Of a stretch of DNA of 64,000 nucleotides, positions 10,195 to 18,177 are shown one piece after another. The notes beneath the pieces were generated by a model, which was not told where the DNA came from, searched no databases, and worked only from the letters and a program-made list of their open reading frames with translations. Source of the DNA: an uncultured Bacilli bacterium (lineage in GTDB: Bacteria; Bacillota_I; Bacilli_A; RF39; UBA660); the NCBI GenBank assembly GCA_934122275.1, contig CAKOWI010000001.1, positions 64,726 to 128,725 of the forward strand. Reading direction: 5' to 3'. Each line of letters starts with the position of its first letter. The stretch's first letter is position 1. The position numbers and the translations under genes were made by a program.

Positions 10195-10755
10195 TTACAT
10201 ATATAAGCCTTTTTCCTTTATATATTCTAACACAAAGTTATCTATATAACGATTATTTTTGCTTAGTTTATTATTTTTAATCATGTTTCTAATCATTGTA
10301 GAAGATACATCTAAAATAGGTAAATCATATACGATTTTATAATTTTCTATTTTATATTTTTTTACATAGCATTTAATATTTATATCGCCTCTGTTTATTA
10401 TAATAAGTTCATGCTTTAATAAGTTCTTATAATCGTGCCATTTGTTAAAATTTACTATATTATCTGCTCCAATAATTAGTGAATAACAATTATTATCCAT
10501 TGATAAGTCATCAAAGATTAAAGAAGTATACGTATAATTATTATGTTTTTGATCTATAATGATGTTTTTATTTTTATACATCTTAAGCATATTTATTCTG
10601 TCATTTGTACTTATTAGGTCGTTTTTATTCCAATAATTACCAGTTGGAATTATAAGAACCTTATCTACGTATTTATTTTCAATTAAATGATTAACTATTT
10701 TAATATGTCCTTTATGTACCGGATTAAAACTTCCTACGTATACTCCTATTTTCAT
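10195..10755 (-). CDS. nadD: nicotinate-nucleotide adenylyltransferase
   Basis: 186 aa with GSFNPVHKGH (the GxFxPxHxGH nucleotidyltransferase motif) and a C-terminal SST.IR motif (VSSTMIRN). Confidence 0.9.
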   Translation of the reverse strand: MKIGVYVGSFNPVHKGHIKIVNHLIENKYVDKVLIIPTGNYWNKNDLISTNDRINMLKMYKNKNIIIDQKHNNYTYTSLIFDDLSMDNNCYSLIIGADNIVNFNKWHDYKNLLKHELIIINRGDINIKCYVKKYKIENYKIVYDLPILDVSSTMIRNMIKNNKLSKNNRYIDNFVLEYIKEKGLYM

Positions 10756-10757
10756 AA

Positions 10758-11525
10758 TTAGATGCTCCTTTTATATGTTGGAATGTTAAACTTATGCAAA
10801 TTATTATTATGAAGTTTTTCTATCTTTTTTCTTGTTGTTTCATCAACTTTCTTTTTATCTTCCATATAATCTGCAATATCGCTATATTTAACTCCTATTT
10901 TATCCTCATCAGTTTGATTAGATAATCCATCACTTGGTGCTTTATAAAGCACTTTTTCTGGTACTTTTAAATACTTTCCAATTTTAATTACTTCTTCAAC
11001 CGTAAAATCTGCAATTGGTGAAATATCGTGAACTGAATCCCCACCTTTAGTAAAGTATCCAACGTATAATTCACATTTATTTGAAGTGCCCGCAACTATA
11101 TATGGTTTTCCTTTTATGCTTGTATAAAGTGCTGCTAAGTAATATAAAGTAGTCATTCTAAGTCTTGGTTTAGCATTTATATCACTGTTTTTAGTTTCAT
11201 CACTATTAAATTTTCCTAATTTATCTGCTTCCTTTTTTAATGCATCAAAGGTACTTGTAATATCCATGTTAACTAGTTCAAATCCATAATAGTCGCTAAT
11301 TAATTTTGCGTCAGACTTATCCTCTTCATTTGAATGGCAAGGCATTGTAACTCCTAATACATTTTCCTTTCCAAGTGCTTTTGTAAATAATGCTGATACA
11401 ACAGCACTATCTTTACCACCTGAAATACCAATAACGGCACCTTTCAAATTATTTTCCTTATAATAGTTTCTAATAAACTTAATTATGTTATTTGTTTCTC
11501 TTTTAACATCAAATTCTTTTTTCAT
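10758..11525 (-). CDS. nadE: NH3-dependent NAD+ synthetase
   Basis: 255 aa with the PP-loop GISGGKDSAV (SGGxDS). Confidence 0.9.
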   Translation of the reverse strand: MKKEFDVKRETNNIIKFIRNYYKENNLKGAVIGISGGKDSAVVSALFTKALGKENVLGVTMPCHSNEEDKSDAKLISDYYGFELVNMDITSTFDALKKEADKLGKFNSDETKNSDINAKPRLRMTTLYYLAALYTSIKGKPYIVAGTSNKCELYVGYFTKGGDSVHDISPIADFTVEEVIKIGKYLKVPEKVLYKAPSDGLSNQTDEDKIGVKYSDIADYMEDKKKVDETTRKKIEKLHNNNLHKFNIPTYKRSI

Positions 11526-11529
11526 CTTT

Positions 11530-12126
11530 TTATCTTCCCTTCTTTATATATTTTTTAGCTCTATTAAGTGCAATTATCGCATTACAGCCTTCAATGTAAT
11601 TCATATCAACAAGTTCTAGAGCCTCATCATAAGTGCATTCAAAATATTTTATATATTCGCCTTCATCTAGGTTTTGATTTTTAAGCCACCTGCACCCGGT
11701 TGCAAGAAACGTTTCATTATATGCTGAAGAGCATCCCATATCCTGATAAAAACCGCCCATATTAGTTAACTTATCTGGAACTAAGCCTGTTTCTTCTTCT
11801 AACTCCCTTAATGCAGCAACATAAGAATCTTCACCATCTTCTATGTATCCAGCTGGAACACCTATCCCAACAGTTCTTTTAGAAAACACTCTAGGTTCAA
11901 CGGTTAATACAACGTTATTATCAGATGTAACAGGTAGTATTATTGCAGCACTACCATCTTTATTATTTTTAAGTATCTTTTCTCTAGTTATTATTTTATC
12001 GTTATTTAAACGGCACCTATAAACTTCGCTTCTAATAAACTTAGGTTCTTTAGTAAGTTTTTCTTTTTTTATTGTTTTTAAACTATCAATTATTTTTTCT
12101 AACTCTTCTATTTTTTCTTTTCTCAT
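11530..12126 (-). CDS. NUDIX hydrolase, probable ADP-ribose pyrophosphatase
   Basis: 198 aa with a complete Nudix box GYIEDGEDSYVAALRELEEETGL, located in the NAD operon. Confidence 0.75.
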   Translation of the reverse strand: MRKEKIEELEKIIDSLKTIKKEKLTKEPKFIRSEVYRCRLNNDKIITREKILKNNKDGSAAIILPVTSDNNVVLTVEPRVFSKRTVGIGVPAGYIEDGEDSYVAALRELEEETGLVPDKLTNMGGFYQDMGCSSAYNETFLATGCRWLKNQNLDEGEYIKYFECTYDEALELVDMNYIEGCNAIIALNRAKKYIKKGR

Positions 12127-13610
12127 TTTTTAGCACCTAAACTTTTAGCATATCCACTGTTTTCTATTGCAGTTTCACTAACCTTTCTAGTTGCATCATA
12201 AAGCATATACTCTTTTAACTCTCTTTCCTTTTCACTTAAATCAACATAATATGTATGAGGATTAGAAATGTCAGTTATTCTATCAGTTAAAGTTTCAAAC
12301 TCGCTATCACAATATCTTTTCCTTTCTTCTATGCTAGGAATATTATAAACTAACTTACCATCTTTAAATATTGGAACCTGTAATTCTCTTACGTAATAAT
12401 CTTCAATTTCCGTTTTCTTCCATGGATCTTTATCACTAACTAAAGTATATTTATCAAGAGGAATTTTCTCATCACTAGTTGCTATTACATCTCCTAAAAC
12501 TTTTTGTGTATCCGCATCATAAAACCTATATACCTTCTTGTATCCCGGGTTAGTAGTTTTAACCGTGTCTCCAGATACTTTTACCTTTGGTAATATTTTT
12601 CCATCTTTTTCTATTGCAACTAATTTATATACGCCGCCTACTCTTTCCTTTGCTGCCGCAATATTATCTCCAGCACCAATAGAATCTATTTTTGCTCCTT
12701 TATTTAAGTAATCTTTTATACTATATTCATTAAGACCGTTGGATAAACAAATCTTTGCATCATTAAAGCCTGCATAATCAAGCATTTCTCTAGCTGCTTT
12801 TGATAAATAAATTAAGTCACCTGAATCTATTCTTATTCCTTTTAATTTATAACCATTAGGTATTAAATACTCTTTTGCAACACGAATTGCATTTGGAATA
12901 CCACTTTTTAAAGTATCATAAGTATCAACTAAGAATACACAGTTATCAGGATTACTTTTAGCATATGCCATAAACGCTTCATATTCCGTATCAAAAGCCT
13001 CAATCATACTATGTGCCATTGTTCCCATTGCTGGGATGTTATACTCTTTAGCAGCATATACGTTTGACGTTCCAACACATCCTCCGATGTATGCATACTT
13101 ACTTGCTTCGTTAGCTGATGATGTACCTCTTGCTCTTCTTGCTCCAAACTCCATTACTGGAATGTTTTTAGCTTCGTTTGTAATTCTTTTCGCAGCAGTT
13201 GTAACTAAAGATGCATGATTGAAGTGTGCTAGTATTGCTGTTTCAATTATTTGTGCTTCTATTATAGGAGCTCTAACCGTAATTACTGGTTCATTTGGAA
13301 ATACAGGAGTACCATCTAAAACAGCACTTATATCACCCGTAAATTTCAAATTCTTAAGGTATTTTAAGAATTCTTCACTAAGGCCTTCCTTTCTTAAATA
13401 GTCTATGTCTTCATCAGTGAATTTAAAGTTTTTAATATACTCTATTATGTTATCAAGACCATTTGATATAGTGTATCCTCCTTTAAATGGATTTGCTCTA
13501 AAAAACACATCAAAGTATGCTATATCATCTTTCTTTCCATTTTCAAAATAAGTTTGTGACATTGTAAGTTCATAAAAATCAGTCACCATAGTTTCGTTAT
13601 TATTTTTCAT
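12123..13610 (-). CDS. pncB: nicotinate phosphoribosyltransferase
   Basis: 495 aa. N-terminal TDFYELTMSQTYF and the central MEFGARRARG block are typical of Firmicute NAPRTase. Confidence 0.9.
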   Translation of the reverse strand: MKNNNETMVTDFYELTMSQTYFENGKKDDIAYFDVFFRANPFKGGYTISNGLDNIIEYIKNFKFTDEDIDYLRKEGLSEEFLKYLKNLKFTGDISAVLDGTPVFPNEPVITVRAPIIEAQIIETAILAHFNHASLVTTAAKRITNEAKNIPVMEFGARRARGTSSANEASKYAYIGGCVGTSNVYAAKEYNIPAMGTMAHSMIEAFDTEYEAFMAYAKSNPDNCVFLVDTYDTLKSGIPNAIRVAKEYLIPNGYKLKGIRIDSGDLIYLSKAAREMLDYAGFNDAKICLSNGLNEYSIKDYLNKGAKIDSIGAGDNIAAAKERVGGVYKLVAIEKDGKILPKVKVSGDTVKTTNPGYKKVYRFYDADTQKVLGDVIATSDEKIPLDKYTLVSDKDPWKKTEIEDYYVRELQVPIFKDGKLVYNIPSIEERKRYCDSEFETLTDRITDISNPHTYYVDLSEKERELKEYMLYDATRKVSETAIENSGYAKSLGAKK

Positions 13611-13683
13611 TATTATCGTCCCTTCTTTTTAACATTTTATTAATACCAGATTATATTTTTTTAAGACCTATTTTTGGTCCTTT

Positions 13684-14265
13684 CTATTTATATTTTTTTA
13701 ATATTTTTACGCCAGCTTGACCCATAAGTTTATAAGCCATACTGTTATACTCATCTCTATTATGATTTATAGCATCATAAGTATCACAAGCATTAGTTGG
13801 TACTATAACTTTAACATTCATATCATTTTCATCAAAGTAATTTACAAGTGGTATAGCAAGATTCATAACACATATATCAGTACATCCTCCAGCTAACACC
13901 ACTTCCTTTAAGTTTTTCATACCACTTATATCACTCATAAAATTAGGAGCAAAAATGGATGATGTTGAATTTTTCTTATAAACGTTATCTTCATCTACGT
14001 ACCTATAAAATTCATCTACGATTAATGCTTCACTAGTACCTTCTATACAATGTTCAGGAAATTTTAGAAATTCCTTACTATTTTTATGGTGAGATTCTTT
14101 TATAAAAATTACTTTATCATCATTTTTTATAAATTTTTCTATCAGGCTTTCTATCTCTGGTATTAATGCTTTCATATAAGGTGTATGCATAACCCCTTCC
14201 TTTGTAAAGCCATTAACCATATCAACAACAATTAACATTTTTTCAATATCTTCCGCTCTCTTCAT
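13684..14265 (-). CDS. pncA: isochorismatase-family hydrolase, probable nicotinamidase
   Basis: 193 aa with LIVVDMVNGF (Asp), a conserved Lys region and the catalytic Cys in AGGCTDICV. It is the first gene of the NAD salvage operon. Confidence 0.75.
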   Translation of the reverse strand: MKRAEDIEKMLIVVDMVNGFTKEGVMHTPYMKALIPEIESLIEKFIKNDDKVIFIKESHHKNSKEFLKFPEHCIEGTSEALIVDEFYRYVDEDNVYKKNSTSSIFAPNFMSDISGMKNLKEVVLAGGCTDICVMNLAIPLVNYFDENDMNVKVIVPTNACDTYDAINHNRDEYNSMAYKLMGQAGVKILKKYK

Positions 14266-14280
14266 AATTTCTCCCTTCTT

Positions 14281-14307
14281 ATGTTATTATCATTTTATTA
14301 ATAACAT
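14281..14307. promoter_or_regulatory. palindromic candidate operator 1 (ATGTTATTA-N9-TAATAACAT) in the pncA leader
   Basis: Perfect 9-bp inverted repeat immediately upstream of the pncA RBS. It shares a TGTTA...TAACA core with operator 2. Confidence 0.45.
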
Positions 14308-14336
14308 AGTTTAAAAAATAATTCAGACTTTTTCTC

Positions 14337-14367
14337 ATCTGTTACTAACATTATATTAATAACAGAT
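14337..14367. promoter_or_regulatory. palindromic candidate operator 2 (ATCTGTTA-N15-TAACAGAT) overlapping the pncA promoter
   Basis: Perfect 8-bp inverted repeat spanning the spacer and -10 of the promoter below. Confidence 0.45.
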
Positions 14368-14378
14368 AAATTTGTCAA
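14350..14378 (-). promoter_or_regulatory. consensus sigma-A promoter of the NAD salvage operon
   Basis: On the minus strand: TTGACA (14378-14373), a 17-nt spacer, then TATAAT (14355-14350). Confidence 0.65.
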
Positions 14379-14419
14379 CTATTTTTTGAAAAAAACTTAC
14401 AATAAAGTAAGTCTTCTTG

Positions 14420-14980
14420 TTAATTATATCCTTTTTTCTTATATTCATCAGATAATTCTTTAAATCTATTGTAATGAACTACCTCTCTTTGTCTAAGCCA
14501 TAACAGTGGACCTAGTATATCAGGATCATTAGTCTGATTAATTAAATTCTCATATACTGCTCGTGCTTTTTGTTCTGCTGCCAAATCTTCTTCTAAATCT
14601 GCTATTGGATCACCTGTTGTAGATATATAGTTTGCTGTCCAAGAATCACCATTTGAATTGCATGGAAATAACGATAAACCATGTTCTGTATAATGACCCA
14701 AAAGACCTGCTTTATCTAATTCTTCTATTGTTGCTCCTTTCATCATTTGATGTACCATTGTACATATCATTTCAACGTGTGCAAGTTCTTCTGTACCTAT
14801 ATCATTTAATAACGCACGTCCCTTACTATCTGGCATTGTATATCTTTGATTTAAATATCTAAGTGCTGCACCAAGTTCTCCTTGAGCACCACCATATTGA
14901 CTAATTACTGCTTTAGCCATCTTTAAATTTTTATTTCTAATATTTATTGGATACTGTAACTTTTTAGAGTACTTCCACAT
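14420..14980 (-). CDS. cotJC: spore coat protein CotJC (manganese catalase family)
   Basis: 186 aa. QYGGAQGELGAALRYLNQRY and EELAHVEM match the di-Mn catalase / CotJC signature. Confidence 0.9.
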   Translation of the reverse strand: MWKYSKKLQYPINIRNKNLKMAKAVISQYGGAQGELGAALRYLNQRYTMPDSKGRALLNDIGTEELAHVEMICTMVHQMMKGATIEELDKAGLLGHYTEHGLSLFPCNSNGDSWTANYISTTGDPIADLEEDLAAEQKARAVYENLINQTNDPDILGPLLWLRQREVVHYNRFKELSDEYKKKGYN

Positions 14981-14994
14981 AAAAATTCCCCCTT

Positions 14995-15477
14995 TTACTC
15001 ATTCCAAGGCCAAGGTTCATTTATCCAAGACCATGGAGTCATATTTAGTCCACTATCATCAGATAAATCTATTGGACCATATCTTTTTTCATACTCATCA
15101 GTTAATTTTTTAGCATCATTATTATACTTATTGTACAAATTTATTGCATATGAATCATTAGGATGAGTATCTAAATATAAATTTATATCATGAGCCATAA
15201 AACACATCTCTTGCACTTTATATAGCATCATATCTCTTTCATTTGTAATATTAGGTTTTATATAAGTCATATTCTTATATGGCTCGTATTTATTTGATTC
15301 TATATTTCCCTTTAAAAAGCCTTCACTAGGATTTAAAAAATTAGTTTGATTCACATTTTCGTTTTGATTTACCATTGATTGCATATTATTTAAATCAAAA
15401 CTTTTTTGTACTGCCGGCATCATATATGTTCTTATTAAATTACTACCATCCATATAATTAAAATAGTCTTCTCTCAT
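14995..15477 (-). CDS. cotJB: spore coat protein CotJB with a CotJA-like N-terminal extension
   Basis: 160 aa. The C-terminal half (MMLYKVQEMCFMAHDINLYLDTHPND..YNKY..L..EYEKRYGP) is a CotJB domain. The N-terminal segment NPSEGFLKGNIESNKYEPYKN resembles the CotJA motif (eAL..GT.F..L..PY). Confidence 0.75.
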   Translation of the reverse strand: MREDYFNYMDGSNLIRTYMMPAVQKSFDLNNMQSMVNQNENVNQTNFLNPSEGFLKGNIESNKYEPYKNMTYIKPNITNERDMMLYKVQEMCFMAHDINLYLDTHPNDSYAINLYNKYNNDAKKLTDEYEKRYGPIDLSDDSGLNMTPWSWINEPWPWNE

Positions 15478-15554
15478 TATTTTTACCTCCTAGCCTATTA
15501 TATACATCTATAGACATAGTGCATGGGCTTAAAGCATATAAAAAGATGAATTAA

Positions 15555-16586
15555 TTATTCACCTTCATTATATTCATCATAAATATTTCCAAGTATTTCT
15601 TCAACTGCATCTTCAAGAGTTATAATACCAACGGTTTTATCATCTTTAACTACTATTTTCATTTGAATGTGTTCCTTTTGCATATCTGCAAAAACACCAT
15701 CTATTTTTTCTTTATGATCTATTTTTCTAGCTTCAAATAATATTTTTTTCAAATCAAATTCACCATTATTCTTCTTATATATTATGTAGTTTTTAACATT
15801 AAATATTCCTATTATATTATTTGAGTCTCCATTATAAACTGGATATCTAGTAAACTTAGAATTCTTAATTATATTAAGTATTTTTTTAGGACTATCATTT
15901 GCATTAAGCATAACACATTCACTAATTGGAGTCATAACTTTATCAACTGATGTATCATTAAATTTAAATATATTAAATATATATTCTTGTTCTTTTTTTT
16001 CAATTATACCATCTCTTGTTCCAGTTAATATTATCCTTTTTATATCTTCTTCAGTAAAGTTTTCTTCTCTTTCTTCTATTTTAAGTATCTTACAAATAAA
16101 GTTAGTTGAAACCGAAAGTAATTTTATTAAAGGGTAAAATATAATTTGCATTGCACTTATTAAATTAACTGAAAAACTAGCTACTCTAAATGGATTAGAT
16201 AATGCTATTTTCTTTGGAACTAATTCTCCAAATACTAAAGTAAAATAAGATAATACAACAGTTATAATAATAACTAGAAAAGTTGATGTAAAGCTTTTAC
16301 TTATTATTAAGAATCCTGATTCCATTATTTTATCAGCAAATGTTGATGCTGCAAAAGCACTAGATAAAAAGCCAGCTAAAGTTATTCCAACTTGTATTGT
16401 GGATAAAAAATTACTTGGATCATTTATTATTTTCCTAATTTTCTTAGCATTCTTTTTCTTTCTTTTTACCATTTTATCAATTTCATACTTTTCAAGAGAT
16501 ATAAATGCAATTTCACTTGCAGATAATATTCCATTTAATAATATAAGTATAATTAATAATAATATTTTGTAAAACATTATAGACAC
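15555..16586 (-). CDS. DUF21/CNNM transmembrane + CBS-pair protein (HlyC/CorC-type, lacks the CorC C-terminal domain)
   Basis: 343 aa with an N-terminal 4-TM DUF21 region (SASEIAFISL) and a CBS pair (VDKVMTPI..., ..IGIITLEDAVEEILG). Confidence 0.85.
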   Translation of the reverse strand: MSIMFYKILLLIILILLNGILSASEIAFISLEKYEIDKMVKRKKKNAKKIRKIINDPSNFLSTIQVGITLAGFLSSAFAASTFADKIMESGFLIISKSFTSTFLVIIITVVLSYFTLVFGELVPKKIALSNPFRVASFSVNLISAMQIIFYPLIKLLSVSTNFICKILKIEEREENFTEEDIKRIILTGTRDGIIEKKEQEYIFNIFKFNDTSVDKVMTPISECVMLNANDSPKKILNIIKNSKFTRYPVYNGDSNNIIGIFNVKNYIIYKKNNGEFDLKKILFEARKIDHKEKIDGVFADMQKEHIQMKIVVKDDKTVGIITLEDAVEEILGNIYDEYNEGE

Positions 16587-16690
16587 CTCTTAAGTATTTT
16601 ATCACATAAATGTAAATTATTCATTTATATTTTATTATATTCTATATATATAACATATTTGTACGATTTTATTACCTAATATGATTATTT

Positions 16691-16719
16691 TTGTTAATTT
16701 TAATTTAGTATGATATAAT
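16691..16719 (+). promoter_or_regulatory. sigma-A promoter driving the retron ncRNA and RT
   Basis: TTGTTA (16691-16696), a 17-nt spacer, then the extended -10 TGATATAAT (16711-16719). The predicted start falls at about 16725, at the a1 repeat. Confidence 0.6.
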
Positions 16720-16723
16720 AAGA

Positions 16724-16884
16724 ATGCAGTAGTGATTGGAATTATTTTCCTACTTTAACGAGTCGTTAAGGGACTAAATTAATTAAGACGATTAAATAGT
16801 AATACTTCAAAGGACTAACCTACACGTACGTGTAGAAGCTTCGCTTAAGTCCATTTCCATATTACTATATTGTTAGTACTGCAT
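16724..16884 (+). ncRNA. retron msr-msd non-coding RNA (candidate)
   Basis: a1 ATGCAGTA (16724-16731) is the perfect reverse complement of a2 TACTGCAT (16877-16884). There are msr-like hairpins at 16738-16750 and 16755-16769. A long imperfect msd hairpin is formed by 16796-16804 / 16860-16868 and GGACT/AGTCC (16812-16816 / 16848-16852), with the apex palindrome CTACACGTACGTGTAG (16820-16835). It lies directly 5' of a retron-type RT. Confidence 0.6.
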
Positions 16885-16901
16885 ATAAAGGAGGTAGTAA
16901 A

Positions 16902-17849
16902 ATGTGGAAATACATAACAAAAAAAGAATGTAACCTATTTTTACTATCTCTTAACTTATTTAATTGTAAAGAAAAAAAGAAATATATAAAAACTATTTAT
17001 TCTATTAGTAATAACGTAGAAAAAAACTACAAAGTCTATAGAATTAGAAAAAGAAATGGAAAATATAGAACCATATATGAGCCTAACAATATTTTAAAAC
17101 AAATTCAAAAAAGAATTTTATGTAATATACTTAATAATAAGTCAATCTCAAAATATGCCAAAGCATATTATAGAGGAGCTAGTTTAAAAGAAAATGCAGT
17201 TAAACATATTAATAAAGAACTTATCTTAAAACTAGATATTAAAGATTTTTTTGAAAACATAACTTTTTTTAATGTTTATGACTCATCTTTTCCTATAGAA
17301 TACTTTCCTAAATCTGTTGGTATGCTTTTAACTTATTTATGTACTTATAATAATCACTTACCACAAGGTTCACCAACTTCTGCCTATATATCCAATTTAG
17401 TTATGAAAGAATTTGACGATGAAATAGGTTCTTGGTGTGATGAAAACAATATATCATACACAAGATATTCGGATGATATGACTTTTTCTGGTAATTTTAA
17501 TCCTAAATATGTTATAGAGAAAGTTAGAAAAATGTTATATAAACTAGGATTAAGTTTGAATAATGATAAAATACATGTAATAAATAAATCACAAAGTCAA
17601 AGTGTTACTGGAATTGTAGTAAATGAAAGAATCCAAACAAGCAAAAAATATAGAAACAAAATAAGGCAAGAAATATATTATATTAGAAAATTTGGTTTAA
17701 TTTCTCATTTAAAAAGATGTAATATTAATGTTAATTATGAAAAGTATTTAAACTCACTATATAGTAAAATTCTCTATGTTTTACAAATTGATCCAACTAA
17801 TAGCGAATTTATACTATACAAAGAATTTATCAAAGATTTAAAAAGATAA
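16902..17849 (+). CDS. retron-type reverse transcriptase
   Basis: 315 aa. RT motifs LPQGSPTSAYISNL and RYSDDMTFSG (YxDD), plus the retron-specific NAxxH (NAVKH) and VTG (QSVTGIVVNE). RBS AAAGGAGG. No maturase, endonuclease or other fused domain. Confidence 0.85.
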   Translation: MWKYITKKECNLFLLSLNLFNCKEKKKYIKTIYSISNNVEKNYKVYRIRKRNGKYRTIYEPNNILKQIQKRILCNILNNKSISKYAKAYYRGASLKENAVKHINKELILKLDIKDFFENITFFNVYDSSFPIEYFPKSVGMLLTYLCTYNNHLPQGSPTSAYISNLVMKEFDDEIGSWCDENNISYTRYSDDMTFSGNFNPKYVIEKVRKMLYKLGLSLNNDKIHVINKSQSQSVTGIVVNERIQTSKKYRNKIRQEIYYIRKFGLISHLKRCNINVNYEKYLNSLYSKILYVLQIDPTNSEFILYKEFIKDLKR

Positions 17850-17990
17850 CTCTTTTATAATTTTTATTTATGACTATTGGCACTCATTTGAATCATTCTA
17901 TATAAATACTATGTGATTACTTGGAATATATATGAGCACCTATATCCAGGCACAAAAAATAACTTAATAAACAAAATTAATTAATATATT

Positions 17991-18021
17991 AAAAACCCTT
18001 ATTTTATAAGGGTTTATTTTT
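17991..18021. terminator. bidirectional rho-independent terminator
   Basis: Stem AAACCCTTA (17993-18001) / TAAGGGTTT (18007-18015), flanked by an A-run and a T-run. Confidence 0.7.
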
Positions 18022-18024
18022 ATA

Positions 18025-18138
18025 TGGAGCGAATCACATACATGTTACGAACTAAGTTCTCTTTCTAAAAATATTATATATGTATTGTTATTAAATTTCA
18101 ATAGGCATATGGAAAAAAATGCACTTATATAGTATAAT
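18025..18138 (+). repeat. cassette left-end module L1 (tRNA-Gly 3'-end core TGGAGC + conserved promoter region)
   Basis: TGGAGC-N14-TTACGAAC-N6-CTCTTTC-N6-TATTATATA...TTCAA...TATGG...TATAAT. It is collinear with 22323-22438, with the -10 at offset about 108-110 in both copies. Confidence 0.75.
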
Positions 18139-18177
18139 TTTTATAGTTTAAAATTAGTAAAAGTTCGGAGGATATAT

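Noticed and set aside
15555-16586. DUF21-CBS membrane protein as the retron effector
   Set aside because: It is divergently oriented, is a widespread housekeeping-type transporter family, and lies outside the retron transcription unit. No evidence links them.
16902-17849. Alternative identities for the RT: group II intron, DGR, or Abi-type RT
   Set aside because: There is no maturase/X or endonuclease domain and no flanking intron RNA domains. No TR/VR repeat pair or accessory variability gene is present. The NAxxH and VTG motifs, together with the upstream a1/a2-bounded structured RNA, fit a retron best.
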